Shown: positions 32,972-42,289 of the stretch, piece after piece
Layout of the letters: each line of letters starts with the position of its first letter
How positions within the stretch are numbered: position 1 is the first letter of the stretch
Assembly: GCA_002269645.1 (NCBI GenBank)
Contig: NIVC01004549.1
Coordinates: 1-42,289 of the forward strand
Length of the DNA stretch: 42,289 bases
Direction of reading: 5' to 3'
Source of the DNA: Macrostomum lignano
Taxonomy: Eukaryota
Notes under the pieces: generated by a model
Seen by the model: the letters and a program-made list of their open reading frames with translations, nothing else
The model's database searches: none
What the model was told of the DNA's origin: nothing
Program-made: the position numbers and the translations under genes

Positions 32972-33111
32972 ATGGGTGAGCTTGAAAGATGTTTGTTGCA
33001 GTGTACTGCAATTTGTGCATGATATATTTTATTTATAGACAAGTTTCATAGCAGCTTGTACGTACATACAAATTTTGTTAAAACAGTAAAGTTACGCAAT
33101 AGCTATATGGA

Positions 33112-33591
33112 TTAGACATACAAAACGCTAGTCACATGATCGTACATTTGACAGAGCTCTTTAAAGTTTCGTATACCAAGGAAAACAAGGCGACCATTCT
33201 TTCCGCATAATAAACATTTAGCATTGCGAAATGGAGACTTTATTACTATTCCATTGAAAACTTCGCACTCCCACTTCACCCATTGGGACCCTGAGTATGC
33301 AATTTGGAAAAAATTTGGCCATCTGTCTACTTCAGCGCGGTAAGTACTAGTGGTAACAACAACAGAAATTGGTTTACATTGAGGAAAAAGACGCAAAACT
33401 TGGTTGACTGAGCGACAACCGAATACAATTGCAGACAAAGAACGCTGAAAAAAGTTTATTGTACACTTTCCTATCCTCAAATTGATAAGAGCTCTTGGCC
33501 GGCGAAATGTCCGTGCGCTCGCCCAGTCCAAGTCAGGCATGCAGCTCCATTTCGCGCAAAACACTCGGTTCACGCACTCGACGTTCTGCAA
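33112..33591 (-). CDS. Divergent TATA-binding protein (TBP)-like protein
   Basis: LQNV; [15 protein letters not shown]...[19 protein letters not shown]...[15 protein letters not shown] resemble both TBP repeats. The frame starts at TTG; the first ATG is at 33540. Confidence 0.7.
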   Translation of the reverse strand: [159 protein letters not shown]

Positions 33592-34346
33592 GTAGATTTT
33601 TCGGCAGTTTTCTTTACTTTCGTATCCTTCTTGGGGGCTTTCGGTCGCTTCTTTGATTCGTTGGCTGCTACTACTTTCGATTGATGCTGTCGCTTTCTGG
33701 CCTGATTTTTAGGCACCTTTGGCTGCTTCTCCTTGACAAGCTTTGATGGTTTTTTTGCTTTCTTGCTTACTTTCTTGGAGCCTACCTTGATTTTTGGAGG
33801 TGGCGTCCAATAGCAACGGTCGAATGCCTGTTTGGCTTCTTCGACAAACTGTAGCTGTTGAATTTTTGGCATTGCGGTCAAAACAGCGCCTCGAATCACG
33901 GCCGTGTCGAGAGTAAACAGAATCCTGTAATAGCCGCTCTTGTTTTTGTAATCCTCTACAGGCAGTCCGTTTTGGTCGTACATTTTAAAGTCGTGAGCCA
34001 GCCCAAACGCTGCACTGTCGCCTCCAAACGCTGCACTGTCGCCTCCAAACGCTGGGTTGTAGCCCAGAAGAGCTAGACTTTCACTGGAAAGGTGCTCCGC
34101 CACAGTGTTGAAAGTGTAGGGTATGCAGCTCTCAATGTGTTTTTGTGCAATGATGATGAATTCGCGACCTTCGTTGTCAGTACGCACACCTTTGACAATC
34201 AAAACAGGGACCGCATTGGCCAAGTAGAGAGGCCCCTGTTCGTCATATTCAATGTCAAACGTTTCAACCCCGTTGAAGCTCGGACCTCGCGGTTTGAGTG
34301 CCAGCAGCTCTCGCTTGACGCAGTTGAAGTCTTGCACTGTCTCCAT
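33570..34346 (-). CDS. Hypothetical protein, 258 aa: possible OB-fold SSB plus Lys-rich tail
   Basis: Intact ORF with a TATA box 62 bp upstream; beta-rich YRILFTLD...PKIQQLQF end; tandem AAFGGDS duplication; K/P-rich C-terminal ~75 aa. Confidence 0.55.
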   Translation of the reverse strand: METVQDFNCVKRELLALKPRGPSFNGVETFDIEYDEQGPLYLANAVPVLIVKGVRTDNEGREFIIIAQKHIESCIPYTFNTVAEHLSSESLALLGYNPAFGGDSAAFGGDSAAFGLAHDFKMYDQNGLPVEDYKNKSGYYRILFTLDTAVIRGAVLTAMPKIQQLQFVEEAKQAFDRCYWTPPPKIKVGSKKVSKKAKKPSKLVKEKQPKVPKNQARKRQHQSKVVAANESKKRPKAPKKDTKVKKTAEKSTCRTSSA

Positions 34347-34407
34347 GTCTCTTGTCTGTTTAGAAAAATTTGCAGGTACGGGAGCTTGCAGATGCTCCGG
34401 GCTGGTG

Positions 34408-34415
34408 CTTATATA
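34408..34415 (-). promoter_or_regulatory. TATA box TATATAAG (class 1) upstream of ORF258
   Basis: GGGTATATAAGCACCAGCCC, duplicated at 35067-35074. Confidence 0.6.
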
Positions 34416-34440
34416 CCCGAGAGTCTCAATAAGTTTTGTT

Positions 34441-34968
34441 TTAATTACACGATAACGAGCTTTTTACGGTGTTGTCGTTGTCGAGGATTCCAGAAAAAAT
34501 GAACCTTTTGTTCCTATTTTCGGGTGCTGGCGTTGGAGGCGTGCTGAAATCCTTGCTCCAAGTTGATGGTAGTTCAAGCTTTGGCGGCCTGTTTCTCTTG
34601 TGCTTTGGCAGCCAAATCTTTTGTTGCTCCTCCCACGACGGATTATACAGATCTTGATGGTTCCGAAAACGTATTTTTTGGCGATGCTCCTCACTTAGTA
34701 TCGGAGCCAGTAATCTCTCCATTCGTGCTAAATCAGCTTTGAACCTCATTTTGTCCCGTAGTTGCTCATTTATCCTGGCTGCTGCGTAGTCTTGGCTGTC
34801 GTAGGGACCTTGATCAATTTCCTCGACCTTGGCATTGAAGGTGACTAATCGCTCAGAAATCGGTTTGCTGTGGCAAATGCACAACCAGTCCGCAGATTTT
34901 TTCAACGTCTTATATTCGTCTTTTTCCTCGTTCGATAATAGAGGGTAGTCTCTGGAAATCCAGCTCAT
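34441..34968 (-). CDS. Hypothetical protein, 175 aa
   Basis: Intact ATG-TAA ORF with a TATA box upstream; a decayed paralogous copy lies at 35100-35270. Confidence 0.55.
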   Translation of the reverse strand: MSWISRDYPLLSNEEKDEYKTLKKSADWLCICHSKPISERLVTFNAKVEEIDQGPYDSQDYAAARINEQLRDKMRFKADLARMERLLAPILSEEHRQKIRFRNHQDLYNPSWEEQQKIWLPKHKRNRPPKLELPSTWSKDFSTPPTPAPENRNKRFIFSGILDNDNTVKSSLSCN

Positions 34969-35023
34969 TTCTTGTCAAACACTGCGGGATGTTATTTGAG
35001 CTTAGAAAACTGCTGAGAAGCCG

Positions 35024-35270
35024 AGAAAAGTTTGCAGGTACGGGGGCTTGGTGCTCTGGGCTGGTGCTTATATACCCGAGAGTCTCAATAAGTTTTGTTT
35101 TAATTACACGATAACAAGCTTTTTACGGAGTTGTCGTTATCGAGGATTCCAGTAAAATGAACATTTTGTACCTATTTTTGGTACTGGCGTTGGAAGCGTG
35201 TTGAAATCCTTGCTCCAAGTTGTTGGCAGTTCATGCTTTGGTAACCAAAATTGCTTGTCAAACACTGCGT
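35024..35270 (-). pseudogene. Internally deleted duplicate of the ORF175 cassette
   Basis: 35024-35241 matches 34362-34584; encodes WLPKH...ELPTTWSKDF; CGCAGTGTTTGACAAG is shared with the ORF175 leader. Confidence 0.7.
35067..35074 (-). promoter_or_regulatory. TATA box TATATAAG (class 1) upstream of ORF175
   Basis: Second copy within a ~220-bp direct repeat. Confidence 0.6.
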
Positions 35271-35519
35271 TTTCCACATGATTTTTAATTGAACTTGGTG
35301 AATTTAGAAAACGGCTGAGAATCCGAATTTTCTTTATTTATGGTTTGCTGTCTGACAAAATTGACCTGGCATCTTATTAAACGAGAATATTTCATGCATA
35401 GAATTTAGTGTTTTTAGACCTTGATGACGTGTCTGGCTATAAATTTAGCCTTGTGTCTCGACCGGGTTGTTGCGTAACCCTGCTGCAGGTAGCTATAGCG
35501 AGCCGCGCAGGGCAGAGGG

Positions 35520-36788
35520 GTGGACAGCAGCGATTTACAGCGGCTGACTCATCATGCGCGCGCGCGGGGGCCGCCAATTTTGTAGGGGCAACAGAATATC
35601 TTCTTGGATGCTAATTCTGCGCGTACAGTTATGGGGTGGGTGGGCGCTACAATTCTGCCAATTTTGGATGTATATATGGACAGTAAATATGGACAGTTAT
35701 GGGGTGGGTGGGCGCGCTACAATTCTGCCAATTTTGGATGTATATATGGACAGTAAATATGGACAGTTATGGGGTGGGTGGGCGCGCTACAATTCTGCCA
35801 ATTTTGGATGTATATATGGACAGTAAATATGGATAGTTATGGGATGGGTGGGTGCTACAATTCTGCCAATTTTGGGTGCATATATGGACAGTAAATATGG
35901 ATAGTTATGGGGTGGGTGGGTGCTACAATTCTGCCAATTTTGGGTGCATATATGGACAGTAAATATGCATAGTTATGGGGTGGGTGGGTGCTACAATTCT
36001 GCCAATTTTGGGTGTATATATGGACAAGTAATATGGACAGTTATGGGGTGGGTGGGCGCTACCATTCTGCCAATTTTGGTATATGGACAGTTAATATGGA
36101 CAGTTATGGGTGGGTGGGCGCGCTACAATTCTGCCAATTTTGGATGTATATATGGACAGTAAATATGGACAGTTATGGGGTGGGTGGGCGCGCTACAATT
36201 CTGCCAATTTTGGATGTATATATAGACAGTAAATATGGACAGTTATGGGGTGGGTGGGCGCTACAATTCTGCCAATTTTGGATGTATATATGGACAGTAA
36301 ATATGGACAGTTATGGGGTGGGTGGGTGCTACAATTCTGCCAATTTTGGGTGCATATATGGACAGTAAATATGGATAGTTATGGGGTGGGTGGGTGCTAC
36401 AATTCTGCCAATTTTGGGTGCATATATGGACAAGTAATATAGACAGTTATGGGGTGGGTGGGCGCTACCATTCTGCCAATTTTGGTATATGGACAGTTAA
36501 TATGGACAGTTAATTCTGCGTACACCAATGCTGCGGGGTTGGGCGCGCTTCTGCGTACAACAACGGCGGAGCGCTAATTATGCGTACTACTGGTCCTCGC
36601 TTCTGTACGACACAGTGTACACTGATTACATGTACAATTAGATTTACATGAGAGTTACATGCATATCTCACATAATGACTCTGGACCAATTAGAAGAGGT
36701 CTAGTGCATTTAGATAGGCGCTGAATTTGCATTGGCTCTGACACCCACCTCACCTCCAAAACCCTGCTCTAACTGCACATTACGTAGT
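35520..36788 (-). repeat. Right TIR (1269 bp) with 13 units of the 68-70-bp repeat
   Basis: Reverse complement of the left TIR plus five extra units. Confidence 0.95.
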
Positions 36789-37696
36789 AATGTAGAGAGG
36801 TGACTCGCCAGTGTTTCGTTGATGATTGACGTCAGCTTGTGCTTTGATGAGAGAGGTCACAACTCGGAGGTGACCATTCTCTGAGGCAATGTTGAGAGGT
36901 GAGTAGCCATTGACTTCTTGAAGATTGACGTCAGCTTGTGCTTTGATGAGTGAGTTTACAACTTGGTGGTGACCATTCTGTGATGCAATGTAGAGAGGTA
37001 TCTCACCAGTGTTTCGTTGAAGATTAACATCAGCTTGTGCTTTGATGAGTGAGTTCACAACTTGGTGGTGACCATTCTGTGATGCAATTAATGTACAGAG
37101 GTGAGCAGCCATCGTCTTCTTGAAGGCTGACGTCAGCTTGTACTTTGATGAGTGAGTTCACAACTTGATGGAGACCATTCTCAGATGCAATGTAGAGAGG
37201 TGACTCGCCAGTGTTTATTTGTTGATTGATGTCAGCTTGTGCTTTAATGAGTAAGTTCACAACTTGGTGGTGACCATTCTGTGTTGCAATGTAGAGAGGT
37301 GAACCGCCTTGGATTTGTTGAAGATTGACGTCAGCTTGTGCTTTGATGAGTGAGGTCACAACTTGATGATGACCAAAAAGTGATGCAATGTAGAGAGGTG
37401 TCTCGCCAGTATTTCGTTGAAGATTGACGTCAGCTTGGGCTTGAATGAAGATCCCAACAATTTTTACTTTTCCCAATTCACATGCAAAATGAAGCGGTGA
37501 CATTGATGCTGATGAGCCTATCAACGTTAGAAGCTTTCTGCAGGTATCGTGAAATTTTTGTTGCATTTTCGAACATAATGGCTTCCAGGATCTCTTGTTC
37601 AGTCACATCGAGGCTCTCGCTTTGGCTTTCGGACCTGCCGATGGTCTGCATTAGAACTGCTGCAATCGCTGTCAGGGTTCTTAAAAGAGCTTCCAT
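36789..37696 (-). pseudogene. 5' part of the ANK-cGLR gene (start and ankyrin repeats 1-8), frameshifts near 37515 and 37088
   Basis: MEALL... start, then MSPLHFACELG and 33-aa SPLYIASxNGHHQVVxSLIKAQADVN repeats. The sequence continues seamlessly at 24787 once the element is removed. Confidence 0.8.
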
Positions 37697-38582
37697 TTTG
37701 ACGCGGTATCGGTGCTGCGAAATGCACAGAGCGCCGCTTTTTGCTGGTATTTATCTATTTTTGCTCATTTGCGTCACAATTGTCTACCATTGGCAGCGCT
37801 GCCACGGGCCAATTGAAATGAATGAGGCTTGTGTCGGTTTATCTGTTTATTTATCTGTCTATAGTGTCACAGACATACAGTCAGCCTGACGCTAGTTACC
37901 GCCTTATTTAGGAGGGCTGTTCGCAAAGAAGCTGTTGTATGCAGCTTACACGCACGAGCAAAAATATTTTGGATCACAAGAGTAAGAATATTTTTTTTTA
38001 TTATAGGCAGGGGGGTTGTGTGCACCCTGGCGCACTTTAAGCGACATAGGCACACAACCGGCGAGAGGCATTACTGCCCGACTGCCCGACTCCCCTGAGC
38101 AGGCATACAAGCGCGCACGAGTAAGAATATAAGAATATATAAAATAATATTTGCAATTGCATGCGTACCGACAAATGTATGCTGCTCGTACACACACTAT
38201 CTATTTAATATACACGCAGCTGTACGTACGAGTCATTTATCAGTTAGTTTGTACTCGTATACGATCACGGCTTGTATCTAAATTGTGCATTTCAATATTT
38301 CGTAAATGCACTTTCTTGAAAATGCACTGTCCATAAAGCTCTCTATACATTCTCGAAATTCTATCTTCTCGAAATTCCACTTTCTTGAAACGTCAATTTC
38401 TTGAAAACCAAAATCATCAGTCCATTTTGCTTTCTCGAACATATTCGAAGTCAAACTCTAATACGCAACAAGTGCCTTTAGTTGATTTTGAAATTGCGAG
38501 CACATGTCATACATTACAGCGTATGAATTTATGAGATACATATGGCATGAATACATTTACATGTAGTTACGACTGTATGGCC

Positions 38583-38908
<326 letters not shown>

Positions 38909-38909
38909 A

Positions 38910-39700
38910 TACACCTCTCAGCCTCGACAGCTCAGCATAATTCACTCCGTAAGCCTTGACATCTAAAAGCAATTCCCCCGTAAGCCTTTGCGACATCTAA
39001 GCAATCCCCCGTAAGTCTTAACTTGACATCCAAGCAACCCATGAAGCGAAAGTCCTCAAGGCCCATGGTCAGAAGAGCGAAAGTGTCTTGATACCTGAAT
39101 GTCTTTAGCCGACAGCTGATGTCACTAAGGTGGGGTACGTCTGGAGCCTGCTGGACCTTAGGGAGGGCACCACTTGTCTCTGCTCCGGCAAAATACAGCG
39201 GCCGGGTGGTTGTATGCGCCTTGCATACTTGCAACATAGACAACATTTTAGCCTTAGGGGTCGCGTCTGACTTTCTGGTAGATTCTGTAGACAATTTTGG
39301 TGGCACTGGAGCCGGGACAAACCTGACCAAACTGGCCGTGCTGCCTGCATATCAGCAGTCAATTGTCGATGATTATACTTTTGCATCGCGTCCTTGGTGC
39401 TCAGCTCCCAGGTGTCCGTGCTCAATTGGATGTTCTCCTCAGTCCTCTTGGTTAGCATGGCCGGTCGAATAAAAGTTTTGAGTACGTTGTTCTTCTTTGC
39501 GTTGCAATTCTTTTTGGGGTGGTCTGCCTGCAATTTTCAACGTGAAAGAAGCAGTGCAGAAATGCAAAATGCTTACTGCATACGGTCGGAAAATGATCCG
39601 AGGTCAATACGGTCCGAGGTCACTGCAATGATTCTGTAATGACTTGAGAACAAAGTCTTGATTAGCTATAGCGCTGGGAAGTGGCTCCCGAGTGGCAGAC
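38910..39700 (-). mobile_element. Possible highly degraded LINE 3' remnant ending in the (TCTA)n array
   Basis: LGSHF and KTFIRPAML resemble RT C-terminal motifs; weak. Confidence 0.25.
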
Positions 39701-42289
39701 AGAAACAGAGATGTAAACCAGACCGTATCGTCTAGCTTAATTGCTATATACTTCGATCTAGAAAGCCTGAAACCAGAACGCTTTTACAAAATTGGCTATG
39801 AAAACAACGAAAACAAAATCAGAAAAGACCTCAATGCAATCCAAAAAAATTATAGTTTTCTCTCTGATATAGATTGACTTGAAGATCTTTTTGCAGATTT
39901 CATACCATAAAGTTCTATCACTGCTTCGTACGAAAGGACCTGTTTTTTTAAATACCCGAAACTACGATAAGAGGGAATCTTTGTTCTCTACTCTCCTCTT
40001 TTTGTTGATATCATGATTGCTTTCTCTTCCTGGGTGCTATCTGTTTGCATTTCTTCGTTCTTTGAGGCGCTATTTTGTCTTTTTTTCCGCTTTTCTGTGC
40101 GTCAAATGTTAGCCTTTCAAAACTTCTCTATGCATTTTTACGCACTACGCATACTCTTTCGCATACCCTTTCGCATACTCTTAATTACATACAAATGTTG
40201 AAACAAATTATTTACCAGTTAAAACAAATATTTAAAATGCTATTGTAGTACGGTTATATATGCTTTGATATAGTGACATAAAATACGGTTACTTATCGTT
40301 TTTCTTATTCGCGATCAATTTAAAACTAGTCAACATCTTTTCTTTTTCTTTTCGATTTTTCGTTCGAACTTCATTCGTACCTTATCTCGTAATCTCGTAA
40401 TCAAAGCAATACATCGTAATTCGTACTCATTTTTGTGCTCATATTTATACACATCCGTACTCATATTCAATTTATATTCATATTATAATTCCCTTATTTA
40501 AATTTTTTAAATTTGTCGTTTCGTTGTTAGTCGTCACTTTTCTTACAAAAATACCGTAAAAAAGTCTGGCGCGCTTTCAAATACTTTATCTTTTACAATA
40601 ACGTCGAATCGTCTTAAGTTGACTCTTTATAAACTTCAATTTCGAAACTTTTTCCAGATACATTGCCCTATAATATATTGGCCAAACAGGCTAATTGCCT
40701 GAGCCAAATTCTTACTACTACTACTACTAATACAAATTAAATTCAAATTCTAGAAAACTGAGAATGACATATTTAGATTCCTTTCTATTTTTAAAGTCCA
40801 AAAATATCTGTGCAATTTTTACTCCAAGCAACTTAGTAGGCTATGAGTATTGAATTATAAGGCCACAATTCATAATAAATTTCATGAGAGCTAGCCTGGA
40901 TGTAATAAACTGAATTGCTAATGTAGCAACCTAGGTTCAATTCTTAGTTAACTTAGTAGTATCAATTTTTTCTTAACATTTTCTAATTAAAGATTTATTA
41001 TAAAGAAAGATTATTGTACAAGCTTAAAAATTATTCCATTAGCTTAGAAAGAGAATAACGAATAAGTTGAGACATTAATTATAATGCTTAATAATAATAA
41101 ATTAAAATAAAGTAGTTAGTTTGGGCTGAAACCAAAAGTTGGAGTTTGGGTCATAGACAACCTAGCTTGTGTGTGGGCACTCAAAAAAGTACTTTTATTA
41201 TGCAAGAACAATGGGAAACAAGGCACTACAATTGCACTAGCTAAGATATTGATTATTGCATTAGCTAAAAAAGAACTTTTTTGACTACAAAGTTTATTAT
41301 TTTATATTATATAACATAAGATAAGAAATATTGCACTAGCTTAAATAGATTATTGCACTAGCCTTAGAAAGATTATTGTTCTAGCTAAGACAGATTATTG
41401 TGCTGGCTAAAAAAGAATTATTGCAATCAATTGGTCATTTTGTCTGCCGCTAGTTTGTCTGCCACCCTTTCGTCTGCAAGAATACAATATAGTTGTTTCA
41501 GTGTAGGACCAAGACCGCCACACACCAAGACCGCCACACTTGGGGGAGCTAGGGGGAGGAATTTGGCTCGCCATGTTATTGATGGTGCTGGGGAGGGGTG
41601 AGATGGGGACGACAAGGCCGCGAGAGAGGAACCGGTGAGCGGGCCGGATGGGTGAGTGATGAGCCCTCCTCGTTTTTTTTCATTCAATTTGAATTGTAAA
41701 AGAACTATCAATCCTAAATAAACAGCTACTTTTAGTAGAAAGCTGTGAAAAAAGCTCTTGACTTAACTGCATTCTTAATTCGCAGTTTCGAATGTGGTCC
41801 TTGAGTTGGTTGTCATTGTTATAATTTGTTATAATGTGAGTTTTCATGTGTGATTCGAGCATGTCCGATTGCCAATGCAAATTTGCCAATTCGATCGCAG
41901 GCAGGCAGGCCAACATGCACTTGTATTTAGAGGTTACGGGATGGTGAGTCGTGCAGCCATACCATTTTTATTACGTGTACATGTACAGGCTTCCTATAAA
42001 AACGACACTCAAGTAGTCCGTGATATGTACAGGTTGTACGAGGCCTGTTAAGCAGCTTTCATGCTCACTTTAAATCACTCAATCACTAACTAACTCACTC
42101 ACTCTCTCACCCTCTACATGTATCTTCACTCGCTCACTCACTCACTAGCACACTGATCACTCACTCAAAAGTTACTGTGATCGCTCTTAATACAATCAAA
42201 ATGTATGGCCACGAAAATGCATGCACATCACATGTACATGTAATCATTTACTTTGATTTCGGATGTTCTCCCTGTTCATAAAAAAATAC

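Larger units (their letters stand above)
26558..33038 (-). promoter_or_regulatory. Nine class-2 TATA-like boxes (CTAYAAATA), one per downstream unit
   Basis: CTATAAATA at 33030, 32251, 31955, 31189, 28789, 28399; TTATAAATA at 30001; CTACAAATAAAG at 27148 and 26558. Confidence 0.65.
24788..36788 (-). mobile_element. Polinton/Maverick (adintovirus-like) endogenous DNA virus, 12,001 bp, lacking pPolB
   Basis: TIRs starting ACTACGTAATGTG at both ends; 6-bp TSD AATGTA (24782-24787, 36789-36794); integrase, ATPase, protease, major and minor capsid and core genes all on the minus strand. Confidence 0.95.

Noticed and set aside
32758-33042. 71-94-aa ORF (and + strand 143-aa ORF) across the hairpin
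   Set aside because: No recognisable motifs; mismatches between the arms lack codon periodicity; better explained by the palindrome, though not excluded.
35554-36442. ORFs such as MLQFCQFW... and MGWVGA...
   Set aside because: Artefacts of the tandem repeats in the TIRs.
41398-41711. GC-rich patch with short ORFs
   Set aside because: No recognisable motif or splice structure.

Overview
Eukaryotic (invertebrate-like) genomic DNA with spliceosomal introns. The ANK-Mab21 family style suggests a Macrostomum-type flatworm, but that is unverified. The left part holds host genes: a class III alcohol dehydrogenase (adh5, + strand, 4 exons visible) and an intact 3-exon clan-2 cytochrome P450 (- strand). 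These sit among MITEs, LINE and Tc1 remnants, a 72-bp minisatellite and a 3.5-kb (AACT)n array. The main feature is a 12,001-bp Polinton/Maverick (adintovirus-like) endogenous DNA virus at 24788-36788. It has a perfect 6-bp TSD (AATGTA) and 0.9/1.3-kb TIRs with internal 68-70-bp arrays. It is inserted into the ankyrin exon of a decayed ANK + cGAS-like (Mab21) gene. The element keeps intact-looking integrase, major and minor capsid, protease, packaging ATPase and core genes, but has no protein-primed DNA polymerase. It carries a divergent TBP-like ORF, a possible SSB and a ~270-bp fold-back hairpin locus. A CTAYAAATA box lies upstream of each of its nine downstream units. Together these suggest a polymerase-less virus or satellite with its own late-transcription module (inference).
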